Positions 41,942 through 52,473 are shown, numbered from the stretch's first letter. The stretch is DNA of 64,000 nucleotides from an uncultured delta proteobacterium (GCA_963789395.1 CAWBKP010000019.1:96001-160000), one strand, 5' to 3'. Made by a program: numbers and translations. The notes: generated by a model not told the origin, from the letters alone.

Positions 41942-42762
41942 TCATCAAGAAGTCCAGGAAGAAGGGACACGGCGGTGGACACGGCGGGGCCTGGAAAGTG
42001 GCTTACGCTGATTTTGTCACTGCCATGATGGCCTTTTTCCTTCTCATGTGGTTGCTTGCCATGGTTTCCCCAGAGAAGCGGGCAGGCGTTTCCTATTATT
42101 TCAAACATTTCAATATATTTGATAAAAGCGGGTTGTCGTTTGTGGAAACCAAGGTTACGCCCAAAATCAATTTGATGGATGATCAGGCAATTGGAAAACC
42201 CGAGCTGTCTATCCGGATTGAGGAGGAGGAAGAAAGAGCGCTAAAAAGTGCGGAGACGCTCAGCGAGCATCTGAAAAAGGAGATTGAGACCAAGCTTGCT
42301 GATTTCAAGGACCAGATCATCATCGATACGTTTGAAGGCGCTGTTCGGGTCGAGATTCTGGATAAGGAAACCGGGACCATGTTTCCTCTGGGAAGTGCCG
42401 AAATATCGACAAACGGCAAGCGGATACTGAAAACCATTTCTCCGGCCATCATCGGCAGCAACCGCAAGATTGCCATTGAAGGGCATACGGATGCGCTGAG
42501 CTATGCGGCTCCCGGAAAATACAGCAACTGGGAGCTTTCCACCGAAAGGGCTTCGGTCGCCCGAAAAGAGCTGGAACGGGCCGGCCTGCCGCAAGAGATG
42601 CTGATGCGGGTAACCGGCTATGCCGCAACCGAACCGCTCAACAAAAGCAACCTCTATGACCCCAGGAACCGCCGAATCAGTATTTTGATGTTTTATCAAT
42701 ACAAGGATAAAGCCCGGGAAGAGGTGAATGATTTGAAGGGCAAAATCAAAGTCAGCAAATAA
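41923..42762 (+). CDS. motB: Second-stator B subunit (proton-type MotB)
   Basis: HGGAWKVAYADFVTAMMAFF; EGHTD; NWELS; NRRISI. Confidence 0.95.
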   Translation: MEGQPVIIKKSRKKGHGGGHGGAWKVAYADFVTAMMAFFLLMWLLAMVSPEKRAGVSYYFKHFNIFDKSGLSFVETKVTPKINLMDDQAIGKPELSIRIEEEEERALKSAETLSEHLKKEIETKLADFKDQIIIDTFEGAVRVEILDKETGTMFPLGSAEISTNGKRILKTISPAIIGSNRKIAIEGHTDALSYAAPGKYSNWELSTERASVARKELERAGLPQEMLMRVTGYAATEPLNKSNLYDPRNRRISILMFYQYKDKAREEVNDLKGKIKVSK

Positions 42763-42774
42763 GGAGGTTATCTG

Positions 42775-43659
42775 ATGCGGATTACCCAAAAAATGATGGC
42801 CAATCAGGTCAATGGCAATCTGTCGAGAAATATTGAAAAATTCTTGAAAACCCAAAGCCGGATATCATCCGGGAAACAGATCACCCGGGCATCGGATGAT
42901 CCGATTGGTATAGGAAAGATTCTGGATTATCGAAAGTTGCTGGATACGATTGACCAATACGGCCGCAACATCTCTCGGGCACGGTCCGGTTTGGAAGCCG
43001 GAGAATCCACGCTGTCGGATATCGGCGAACTGTTGAACCGCGCAAAGGAACTGGCACTGTCCCAGGCAACGGGCACAGCCAGTCCGGAAACCCGTAAAAG
43101 TGCAGCCGGAGAGGTCCGGCAGATTCGGGATCAGCTGATCCAGTTTGCCAATAGCAAGCAGGATGATCGTTATATGTTTGGAGGCCGCAAAACCGATGTG
43201 CCGCCTTATGACCCCCTGAATCCGGCAGGTCCATTCCAGGGAGACAGCGGCGATGTTTCGATAATCGTCGGCAACGATGTCACCCTGAATGCGGCTGTCA
43301 ACGGTCAGCGGGCATTCGGGAGTCCTGTGGATCCGGTTCTGGTGTTGACAAAACTTATCGCGGGACTGGAAGCCAACGATCAAACTGCCATTTCCGATCA
43401 GCTGGATCCCCTGGATCAGTCGCTGGGTCAGGTTATAAATGAACGGACCGATGTCGGCGCTAGATTGAACCGCCTGGATTCAACCGAATCCCATTGGGAT
43501 TCTTTTAAAATCAACATCCAGAAAATGCTCTCGGATACGGAAGACCTGGACATGGTTCAGGCAGCAACGGAACTGACCGCTCAGCAAGCAGCGTATCAGG
43601 CGGCCTTGTCCTCGTCAGCCAAAATCATTCAACCCAGTCTTCTGGATTATCTGAGGTAG
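42775..43659 (+). CDS. flgL: Hook-associated protein FlgL
   Basis: MRITQKM..SSGKQITRASDDP; YMFGG; SLLDYLR. Confidence 0.93.
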   Translation: MRITQKMMANQVNGNLSRNIEKFLKTQSRISSGKQITRASDDPIGIGKILDYRKLLDTIDQYGRNISRARSGLEAGESTLSDIGELLNRAKELALSQATGTASPETRKSAAGEVRQIRDQLIQFANSKQDDRYMFGGRKTDVPPYDPLNPAGPFQGDSGDVSIIVGNDVTLNAAVNGQRAFGSPVDPVLVLTKLIAGLEANDQTAISDQLDPLDQSLGQVINERTDVGARLNRLDSTESHWDSFKINIQKMLSDTEDLDMVQAATELTAQQAAYQAALSSSAKIIQPSLLDYLR

Positions 43660-43663
43660 TCCC

Positions 43664-44128
43664 GTGAACAAATATTTCTGGACAGTCCTTTGCGTCTTTC
43701 TGCTTTCCGCCAGCACCGGCTGGGGAATCAGCGGCGAAGACATCCATCGGCTCACCAAGGCGGGGCTGGGCGCGGATACGATTCAATTGATCATCAAGGA
43801 AAAAGTCATTGAAACCTGCGCCTTTACCGTTCAGGAGCTGATAGATCTCAAGACCAAGGCAAGGCTTTCGGAAAAAACGCTGCAGGTTCTGATCGCCGAG
43901 GGCTCCTTCCTCAAAGACCGCTCACCGGTGGTATATGGGCTGGACGATGTCAAGCCGGTCAACCTGACCACGGTTTCAGACATCATCAAACTCAAGCAGG
44001 CAGGCGTCGGTGATGATACGATACAGGCCATCATTGTCTCCGGATCAGACGCCCGAAGCGCCTCGGATCGGGATAACGCCTGGCGGATGCTGAACAATAT
44101 GGGGATTGTCGTTGATACGCGAAAATGA
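43664..44128 (+). CDS. Secreted hypothetical protein with three helical repeats
   Basis: Signal peptide; repeats EDIHRLTKAGLGADTIQLII / QELIDLKTKARLSEKTLQVLI / SDIIKLKQAGVGDDTIQAII. Confidence 0.75.
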   Translation: MNKYFWTVLCVFLLSASTGWGISGEDIHRLTKAGLGADTIQLIIKEKVIETCAFTVQELIDLKTKARLSEKTLQVLIAEGSFLKDRSPVVYGLDDVKPVNLTTVSDIIKLKQAGVGDDTIQAIIVSGSDARSASDRDNAWRMLNNMGIVVDTRK

Positions 44129-44649
44129 TCATGGGTGATTCCTCTCAGGCACTGACACCGGCAAATTATTTTCTGGAACCCGGTTATGTGGTCATGCCAG
44201 CCAGTCCGACGGTTATTTCCGCGGTTCTTGGTTCTGGTGTCTCGATTTGTCTGTATGACCGGAAACGCAAAGTAGGGGGGATGAACAGCTTTCAGCTTCC
44301 GCTGATCCGAGAAAAAGGAAAAACAACAACCCGGTTCGGCAATGTGGCAGTCAGGACATTGATTCGCATGATGGTGGAAGATGGCTCCAAGATCAAGAAT
44401 CTCGAGGCGCAGATTTTAGGTGGAGCACACAATCCGGAACTGTCGCATCAGAATATGGGGCAGGAAAATATCAGAATCGCCCGCAGAATACTGGCCAGAG
44501 AAAAAATTACTGTGACATCGGAGGATACCGGCGGCAGCAAGGGCCGGAAAATTGTGTTTTCCACCCACACCAACGAAATTGCTGTGCTGAAAGTTGAAAA
44601 ACTCCGAAAGTCAGACTGGTTTCCGTACGAGGGCGACAGAAACCCATGA
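44125..44649 (+). CDS. cheD: CheD paralogue lacking catalytic residues
   Basis: YFLEPG, VLGSG, GGMNSF, EDTGG..GRKIVF. Confidence 0.88.
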   Translation: MIMGDSSQALTPANYFLEPGYVVMPASPTVISAVLGSGVSICLYDRKRKVGGMNSFQLPLIREKGKTTTRFGNVAVRTLIRMMVEDGSKIKNLEAQILGGAHNPELSHQNMGQENIRIARRILAREKITVTSEDTGGSKGRKIVFSTHTNEIAVLKVEKLRKSDWFPYEGDRNP

Positions 44650-44831
44650 CGGTCCCGGTATGTCAATACTGCCGGCATTATCACATTACATGGGATAAGC
44701 GCCAGCCCCATGGGTGCAAAGCATTCGGGTTTAAAAGCCGGGAAATTCCAGGCAGAGTGGTGGAACAAAATTCACCCGGAAAATCTTGCCAGCTGTTTGT
44801 GAAAAAGAATAAGCAACCGCCTTTGCGTTGA
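44646..44831 (+). CDS. Small Cys4 putative zinc-binding protein
   Basis: CxxC-x-HYHITWD..GC..FGFKS..C; overlaps the cheD paralogue stop (ATGA). Confidence 0.75.
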   Translation: MTVPVCQYCRHYHITWDKRQPHGCKAFGFKSREIPGRVVEQNSPGKSCQLFVKKNKQPPLR

Positions 44832-44882
44832 GATCCACTTCTTCAGTAATTCCCCGGTGTGCGCCCGTCACGCCGCAATATA

Positions 44883-45101
44883 TCAGAGCAGATATTCCAG
44901 CCGTCTTTCCCCCTGAAATTTCGAATGGAGAACCCAAAAGATGTCGTCCGCCGTGGACGCGTAGATCAGCTGGCGAGAAATCAGCGTCATTTTTCCGTCA
45001 TATTGTTTTTTATTGGCGGGAAGCGACCTGGGAAGGGGGGGCGCTGGATCTTTGTGATGGCTGTTGTAAAGAAAATAAGTCGTGTTTAAATTGGTTTTCA
45101 T
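44883..45101 (-). CDS. Possible small hypothetical protein downstream of cheW
   Basis: GGAGG RBS before ATG 45101; no recognisable motif; 3' end uncertain. Confidence 0.3.
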   Translation of the reverse strand: MKTNLNTTYFLYNSHHKDPAPPLPRSLPANKKQYDGKMTLISRQLIYASTADDIFWVLHSKFQGERRLEYLL

Positions 45102-45203
45102 CAAGACCTCCATGTCTTTTTGGGAAAAAAAGCGTTGCAGCCAGCCTGCAAGCCTGTTTGTTTACACACAGGGGTTGCGCCCCCCTGCTTTGAATGGCGG
45201 TTG

Positions 45204-45719
45204 TCAATCGCTTTTCTCAATCGCCACAAGATCCTGGGAGCTCAAGACCTTATCTATGTCCAGTAGAATCTTGACACTGCCTCCCATTTTGGCCATACCC
45301 AGAATATAATCGGTATTGACACGGGTTCCAAATGCAGGTGTATTCTCAACATCCTCTCCTTTGATATTGAGAACCTCTGAAACGGCATCCACGACGATGC
45401 CGATTTTGATGGCACCGGATTGACCGGAAATCTCCACCACGATAATGCAGGTCCGCTCCGAATAGTCGATTGCAGGTATTCCGAATTTCAAACGCAGATC
45501 CACCACCGGAATAACCTTTCCCCGTAGATTGACCACACCTTTGACAAAGGAAGGGGTCTGTGGAACCGAAGTGATCGGCATCATTCCTATGATTTCCTTG
45601 ATTTTAAGGATTCCGATACCGTAGTCTTCACTGGCCAGCGTAAATGTCAGATACTTGCCTTCGCGATTGTTGAGGGGGGATGAAATTTCATCCGTTGATC
45701 CTGCCGTGCCTTTTTCCAT
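45204..45719 (-). CDS. cheW: Chemotaxis coupling protein CheW
   Basis: KYLTF, VKGVVNLRGKVIPVVDLR, GIVVDAVSEV. Confidence 0.97.
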   Translation of the reverse strand: MEKGTAGSTDEISSPLNNREGKYLTFTLASEDYGIGILKIKEIIGMMPITSVPQTPSFVKGVVNLRGKVIPVVDLRLKFGIPAIDYSERTCIIVVEISGQSGAIKIGIVVDAVSEVLNIKGEDVENTPAFGTRVNTDYILGMAKMGGSVKILLDIDKVLSSQDLVAIEKSD

Positions 45720-45814
45720 TTACGATTCTCCCAACTCGGGTTTGTGTATTGATAATAGGCTCCGTAAGGCCCAGGAGCATTGCCCCTGATGCAGGAGGCT
45801 GTCAATTTTTGGTA

Positions 45815-46169
45815 TTATCCAAGAGATCCCCGTACCTGCATCAAGAGCGTCTGAATGTCAAACGGTTTATAGATGAACGCCTTGATCAGACCCGCCAGTT
45901 CATGAGAATAGGGTTCGTTCTTGGTATAACCACTGGCGGTAATGATCTTTATATCCGGATTCATCTCTTCGATACTGTATTTTCCTCCCATTCCCGGTAT
46001 GTTCAGATCTATGCTCACCACGTGAATGAGAGATTGATTGTTGCGAGTAATCGCAAGCTCGGTTTCTCCAATTATTTTGTTCGTTTTTTGCCAGCCGCTC
46101 GGCGCAAGATTCCACAATCCGCTGCTGTTTATTCAGATCGGTGTGTGGCTGGAGTTCGTTGGCGATCAT
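45815..46169 (-). pseudogene. Degenerate or truncated receiver (REC) domain
   Basis: IDLNIPGMGG..PDIKIITASGY..FIYKPF present; N-terminal acidic pocket unrecognisable or out of frame. Confidence 0.55.
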
Positions 46170-46250
46170 TTGATTTCCTAAGGGTTTAAGGTGGAGAAAC
46201 AGGATTTCCTCACTTCTTGCCGTGGCATGCGATTTTTTGATAGAAGATTA

Positions 46251-48179
46251 TTAAAAATCCTTAAAATCCGCCTCATCAAAGGGAATGATCTGATCCGGAT
46301 GCACTTCCTTTTTCAGCGGGAACCGGGGCTGAGTTGATGGAAGATTCCTGGAGGGTGTCGACGGACGGATCGGTTTCTGCAGTTTGGGGGAGCGGGTGAT
46401 CTGAGGCTTTTTGAGTTGTTGTGTTGTGCTGCCGCCGCCGCTGATCAGGGCAACCAGATCGTTCACGATGCCTTTCATCTGCTCTGCCTGGGCATTCATT
46501 TCTTCTGAAGCAGAGGCAGACTCCTCGGCGGTGGCGGCGTTTTGCTGGGTGACCTTGTCCATTTCGGAGACAGCAATGTTCACCTGTTCGATTCCCTTGG
46601 CCTGCTCGCTGGAGGCGGCTGCGATTTCACTGATCAGATCCCTGATTTTGGTGGTGCTCTCCGCGACACGGGAAAAAACCGAGTTGCTCCGGTTGACATG
46701 CTCCGAGCCTTCCCGGACTTTCTTGGAAGTTCCCTCAATCAGGCTTGCGGTGGTTTTGGCAGCGTCGGCAGCCCGCAGGGCCAGGTTTCTCACTTCGTCG
46801 GCCACAACGGCGAATCCGGCACCGGCTTCTCCGGCCCTGGCCGCTTCGACCGCAGCGTTCAGCGCGAGAAGATTGGTCTGAAACGCGATTTCATCAATGG
46901 TTTTGATGATTTTTGAGGTTTCATCACTTGCTTTCAGGATATCGGACATGGATGCCGTCAATTCGGACATGGATGCTGAAGCCGACTGAACGCTGACAGT
47001 CGCCTCTTTCATCAGTGCATGGGCTTGGCCGGCATTGTTGGCATTCTGTTTGGTCATGGAAGACATCTCCTCCAGTGACGCGGATGTTTCTTGAATGGAG
47101 GCCGCCTGTTCCGAAGATCCTTCAGCCAGGGTCTGGCTGGCGGCAGACACCTCGCCGGCTGCGGATGCAACCTGATCCGCGCCTTCATTGAGCCCTTCGA
47201 TGATCTGATGGATGGGCTTTGATATGGTCCGGCTGAAAATCCAGATGCCTGCCAGGGCGATTCCCAGAAAAATGACGGAGAGCAGAAGCATGGTTTTTCG
47301 CAAGGCCGTCACCGAGCCCATGAATTCCTCCGTCGGCTGGGTGACGCCGATGCTCCATCCGGTCAGATCAACAGGAGCAAAGCCGGCGATTTTATCTATA
47401 CCTTCAAAGGTATATGCCTCAACGCCGGTCTGGTGCCCAAGCATTTTATCCATAATCGACTTCATGTCCTTTAACGTGGCCAGATTGAGCTCAAGAATGT
47501 GTTTGGTATTGGGATGGACAATGATGAGGCCGCTTCGATCCACCATAAAGGGGTATCCTGACTTTCCAACCTTGACAGCCAGTATTTTTTCAGACAATAA
47601 ATCCATTTTGAGGACTATTGCCAGTGCTCCGGAGAACTGTCCAGCCGGTGAAAAAACCGGGATGCAAATGGGGAGGACCGGGTTTCCGGTTTTTTTGGAT
47701 TTTACCGGAGTCGACAGATTGATTTTGTTGGCTTTGGCGTCCTGGAAATAGGATCGGTCCTGTATGGAGAGTCCTTTATAGCTTCCGCCCACACTGTCGG
47801 CATAAACGAGGCCTTCGGCATTACAGACAATGATGCTTTCGTAATTTTCCCCGATCTGCTTCATTGTATTGACCAGCTTCTGTTCCAGTCGCGCAATGTC
47901 CCCCGACGCGCTGGCAATGCCGCCTTCGGCCACCTTGGTTGCAACATCGGTGGTGGTGTTTCCAACAGCCAGATCCTTGGCAAGCTTTATTTCTTCCTGC
48001 AATACCATCTGGGTTAAAGCGGCCAGGCTCTTTGCAATGTTTTCTGAGTTTTGCTGATATGCTGCTTTCAGGTCTCTGGACAATTGCACGTCTGAAAAGA
48101 CGGCGAATGCCAGAAGCGGCAGCAATACGCATAATGTGCCGCCTGCCAGAAGTTTGAAATTGAGACTTCGCTTTTTCAT
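46251..48179 (-). CDS. Methyl-accepting chemotaxis protein with dCache sensor domain
   Basis: Two TMs; Cache motifs (DRSYF, GYPFMVD..IIVHP); [24 protein letters not shown]-terminal DFKDF. Confidence 0.96.
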   Translation of the reverse strand: MKKRSLNFKLLAGGTLCVLLPLLAFAVFSDVQLSRDLKAAYQQNSENIAKSLAALTQMVLQEEIKLAKDLAVGNTTTDVATKVAEGGIASASGDIARLEQKLVNTMKQIGENYESIIVCNAEGLVYADSVGGSYKGLSIQDRSYFQDAKANKINLSTPVKSKKTGNPVLPICIPVFSPAGQFSGALAIVLKMDLLSEKILAVKVGKSGYPFMVDRSGLIIVHPNTKHILELNLATLKDMKSIMDKMLGHQTGVEAYTFEGIDKIAGFAPVDLTGWSIGVTQPTEEFMGSVTALRKTMLLLSVIFLGIALAGIWIFSRTISKPIHQIIEGLNEGADQVASAAGEVSAASQTLAEGSSEQAASIQETSASLEEMSSMTKQNANNAGQAHALMKEATVSVQSASASMSELTASMSDILKASDETSKIIKTIDEIAFQTNLLALNAAVEAARAGEAGAGFAVVADEVRNLALRAADAAKTTASLIEGTSKKVREGSEHVNRSNSVFSRVAESTTKIRDLISEIAAASSEQAKGIEQVNIAVSEMDKVTQQNAATAEESASASEEMNAQAEQMKGIVNDLVALISGGGSTTQQLKKPQITRSPKLQKPIRPSTPSRNLPSTQPRFPLKKEVHPDQIIPFDEADFKDF

Positions 48180-48297
48180 TACGTTCTTCTCCCCAAAGGT
48201 ATTGTTTTATATATTAATAATATTAATCGGATAATAAAATATTGCGTGGGAAAGCATCTGTTTTTGTCAAAGAAATATCCTTGCTGCTTGATCCTGT

Positions 48298-48324
48298 TTA
48301 TCGGCAGTCTGAAGAAAAACTTGA
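48298..48324 (-). promoter_or_regulatory. Sigma28 (FliA) promoter of the MCP-cheW unit
   Basis: Minus strand TCAA-N15-GCCGATAA, with a perfect -10 element. Confidence 0.82.
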
Positions 48325-48465
48325 GTAGAAAATTCGACAGAAGAGACCAGGATGTAAAAACAGAGTGGACGTCCTCGGCTTCACACATCTTGAATGGGGT
48401 TGATTTGATACCCCGCATACTATAAAATCGAAAGCAGGATTATTTGCACACTTTGGTGAGGATAT

Positions 48466-50107
48466 ATGGACAGCCATTTTCAGGAAACATTCGACTCCGC
48501 TTTCGGTTGATGAACAACAAGTGCAGGATTTTTGCCGTATTTTTGAAGGCGATTGCCTTACATCCATACTGGATGGAAGCCCCATGTCCACAGTTGTTAT
48601 CAACACGGATCACCATGTGGTGATTTGGAACCGGGCTTGTGAAATCCTGACCGGTGTCCACAGAGAAAAAGCGTTGAATCAACCTGTGGATTCCCGGATT
48701 TTTTACAGCGGGCAATACCGGCCCCTTCTGGTGGATCTGGTTTTGGACCAGGATGAAATCGCGATGCGCCGGTGGTATGACAAGAAAAATCTTGCCAAAT
48801 GCGCCGACATTTCCGAAGCCTATGAAGCTTCGGATGAACTGGTTATTCAAGGAGAGAAACGCAATCTCTATTTTATGGCGGCTGTAGTCCGGGACACCAC
48901 CGGTAAAGTCGTCGGGGCAATCGAGACGATTCAAGATATTACCGATCGCAGCCAGTTGTTGAATCAATTGTACCAGTCGCAGAAAATGGAGGCCCTGGGA
49001 GCCCTGATTGCCGGCGTGGCCCATGAAATCAACAATCCGATCAACCTCATCATGTACAATATTCCCCTTCTGGAAAAAATCTGGCAGGACGTTCTGCCAG
49101 TTCTCAAGGAACAGGCTTTACTGAATCCTCAGAAAAAATACGGAGGCCTGCGGCATGAATTTATCGACCATCATCTGATGCAGCTTATTTCCGATATGGA
49201 CATGGCTGCAAAACGGGTGGCGACAATCGTCACAGGGCTGAAAAGCTTTTCAAGATTCTCAACCCAGTCGGAGAAAATTCCGCTTCAGATCAATCTTGCT
49301 GTTGATAATGCCTTGCGGCTCTCACAATCCACCTTGCGTAAACGGAATGTCGAAATCGATCTGGATCTGGAAAACGATCTTCCAGTCATACAGGGGAATC
49401 TGCAGAATATTGAACAGGTCATCCTGAACTTGATCATCAATGCGGCGCAGGCCATTGAGCATGATTGCGGAAAGATCCGGATTTCCACTCGGCTTCAGCC
49501 GCAGGATGGCGATATCCGAATATCGGTATCGGACAATGGCAAAGGGGTAAATCCGGCCATTGCCGGCAAACTCTTTGACCCCTTTATCACGGATAAGCAA
49601 GAAAAAGGGGGAACCGGACTGGGGCTGTCCGTGTCCTATAACCTCATCAAGTCACATGGTGGGGGCATATCTTTTGAGAGTGCTCAGGGGAAAGGCGCAA
49701 CATTTCATGTGTTTTTACCGTCTGTGCTAAAGCGTAAACCCTTACGGATTCTGGTCGTGGATGACGACCCTGCAATCCGGGAAATGTTACGGGAAGTGCT
49801 GGTCCAGCGGTGTTCCTACATTGTCGAAGAGGCCTCAAATGGCATTGAAGCATGCATCCGTCTGGGATCTCACCGCCCGGATCTTCTGGTCATGGATTTG
49901 TTTATGCCGGAAATGAATGGTGTTGAGGTCTGCAGGGTGATCAAAAATGATCCGGTTCTCTCGGATATGAAAATCATGATGATTACCGGCCACGAAGGCC
50001 ATCCGCTACTGGGCGATATTTCTGAATTTGGTTTTATCGATATTCTTTACAAACCGTTTAAGCTGGAAGATTTCGTAATACGGGTCGACAATATTCTGAT
50101 GAAATAA
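48466..50107 (+). CDS. PAS-domain hybrid sensor histidine kinase with C-terminal receiver (probable indel near the start; ORF track starts at 48521)
   Basis: PAS (WNRACE), AHEINNP, NLIINA, DNGKG, GTGLGL, VVDDD..DLFMP..KPF. Confidence 0.9.
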
Positions 50108-50171
50108 CATGGCAGGCCAGAGGCTTTATCGCGTCCTGCCCTTTTCCCAATTGTTATAATAACGAGGTCAA

Positions 50172-51588
50172 ATGGAATCCGTTTCTGAACTGCCCCCCAT
50201 TCTTGTCGTTGATGATGATCCAGGGCTCTTGCTGAGCATCAAAGCCACACTGCTCAGCGCGGATCTGCCGGAGCCGGACACGATTTCCGACAGCAGGCTG
50301 GTGATGGATCGGGTTCGCAATAATGCTTATAAAATCATACTTCTGGATCTGCTCATGCCGCATATCAACGGCATGGAACTTCTGGAGATGATAAAAAAAG
50401 AGTTCCCGGAAACAGTCTGCCTGATTGTTACCGCAACAGATGAGGTTTCCACGGCGATTCAGGCTATCAGGCTTGGGTGCGTATGATTATCTGGTAAAAC
50501 CGGTTAACGGCGAAAAGCTGGTGATGATCATTCAGCGGGCGTTGAAGCGGTACCATGTTCGCAAAGAAGTTGCACGGTTTGCCGACAGGCAGTCTTTTTC
50601 AGATTTGGCCAATCCCCAGGCATTCAATGATATAGTGGCGGAAGACAAATTGATGGCACTGGTTTTCTGCCAGGTCGAGGCGGTCGCGCCAACCGATTAC
50701 AGCGTGGTCATTACCGGCGAGTCGGGTACGGGTAAGGAAATGATGGCCCGTATGATTCATCAATTGAGTTGTCGCGCATCCGGGCCCTTTATCGCTGTCA
50801 ATATGGCCGCATTTACCCAGACCCTTTTTGAAGACGAGTTTTTCGGACACACCAAAGGTGCTTATACCCATGCAGTCAGCGATAAAAAGGGGTTCTTCGA
50901 AGCGGCTCATGGCGGAACGCTCTTTCTGGACGAAATTACCGAACTGGCTCCGCCGCTGCAGGGAAAACTGCTTCGGGTCATACAGGAAAAAGAATTTTAC
51001 CGGTTGGGCAGCACCAGCAGCAAGAGCATTGACGTCCGCATTCTGGCGGCTACCAACCGGGATATTCTCGATGAGGTAAAAACAGAACGTTTCAGAGCGG
51101 ATCTGTTCTACAGGTTGAGCATGTACACCATCAAAATTCCGCCGCTCCGAGAGCGGAAAAAAGATATTCTTCCCCTTGCCCGGCATTTTGTTCAAAAATA
51201 TGGAAACAATAGGGCTGCCCCCATTACATCCCTTTCCCCTGAACTGGAACAACGCCTTCTGGAGTATGATTTCCCCGGAAATATTCGGGAGCTGGAGAAC
51301 ATGATGGCATCGGCTGTTCTGCTGGAAAAATCGCAAGCGCTGACGCTTTCATCGGTTCGCAGTCTGCATGCCGGTCCCCATGTGTTGTCTGGCAAGGGCA
51401 GCGAGCTGATGACTCTTGAAGACATGGAAAAAGAGCACATCCTTCGGGTGCTGCAGGAAACCGGAGGAAACCGGAAAAAAGCCGCCGTTATTTTGGGGAT
51501 CAACACGGCAACGGTTTATAGAAAAATTGAAAAATATCGGATTTCCGATAACCGCTTCAGGGATGATGAAATGCCGGAAGATGGCTGA
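50172..51588 (+). CDS. NtrC-family sigma54 response regulator (frameshift at ~50477)
   Basis: REC domain plus GESGTGKE, GAYTHA, FLDEI, FPGNIRELEN, Fis-type HTH. Confidence 0.92.
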
Positions 51589-51615
51589 TTGGGCTGCTTT
51601 TTCAAGATAAAACCG

Positions 51616-52473
51616 TCAGATGGTGGTTTTGATATGGTCAATGACCCGGTTCACATATTGGCGGGTTTCACTGTAGGGGACATTGCCGTTATACCGTTTG
51701 ACGGTTTCAGGGCCGGCATTATAGGCAGAAAGCGCCTGTCTGACATTTCCGTCAAACAAATCCATCATTTTTTTTAAATAGCGAACGCCTCCGTCAATGT
51801 TTTGCTTGATATCGAACGGATTTTCAACCCCCAGGTCTCTGGCGGTTCCGGGCATCAACTGCATCAGACCCTGTGCGCCTGCAGGGGAAACCGCATTTGC
51901 ATCATAATTGGATTCCGCCTTGATAACCCCTTTGATCAGCTTGGGGGAAAGTTGATATTGGGCGGCTGCTTCGTGTATGGCTTTTTCAATTTCAAAGCTG
52001 TTTATGTTGGAACGTAAACTTTTGCCGGATGTGGGCACAGGTGTTTTCAGGGAATTTATTAAGCCGTGGCTGGATTTATTCTGCGCCCGGTCTTTGGTCC
52101 CAGTTTCAAGGCAAACGGCCGACTGCTTGTCCGGTGTTTCAGAACCAAGAAGATATTCTGAAGCCTCTTTGTATGCCGTGATGCCACGCGATGGATTTGA
52201 ATGGGCTGTTTGAGAACCTGAAGGCAATCGTCTTGACGGGCGGTTATAGGGGCATGCGACCGGACGCAACCGGTAGTCCGCGATTGAGAGCCCTTTTGCG
52301 ATTTTGGGTTCGGTTTGCTGCGGCAACTTTTTAAATGTTGAAAGAATGCCATTAAAATCCGCAGTGGCCGCCTGTGTTTCTTTTTGGGGCTTCAGATCCT
52401 GCCGGATCACCTTGATTCTTCCAGAGGCTTTATTTATATAATCTTCGATTGTCATTCTTGATTCGATTGCCAT
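51616..52473 (-). CDS. Lytic transglycosylase (SLT/GH23)
   Basis: IKAESNY..AVSPAGAQGLMQLMP, AYNAG, ETRQYV. Confidence 0.93.
   Translation of the reverse strand: MAIESRMTIEDYINKASGRIKVIRQDLKPQKETQAATADFNGILSTFKKLPQQTEPKIAKGLSIADYRLRPVACPYNRPSRRLPSGSQTAHSNPSRGITAYKEASEYLLGSETPDKQSAVCLETGTKDRAQNKSSHGLINSLKTPVPTSGKSLRSNINSFEIEKAIHEAAAQYQLSPKLIKGVIKAESNYDANAVSPAGAQGLMQLMPGTARDLGVENPFDIKQNIDGGVRYLKKMMDLFDGNVRQALSAYNAGPETVKRYNGNVPYSETRQYVNRVIDHIKTTI

Noticed and set aside
50110..50146. Sigma54-like TGGCAG-N-GGCT before the NtrC gene
   Set aside because: Poor -12 element; better explained as a GGCAGG/CCTGCC hairpin.
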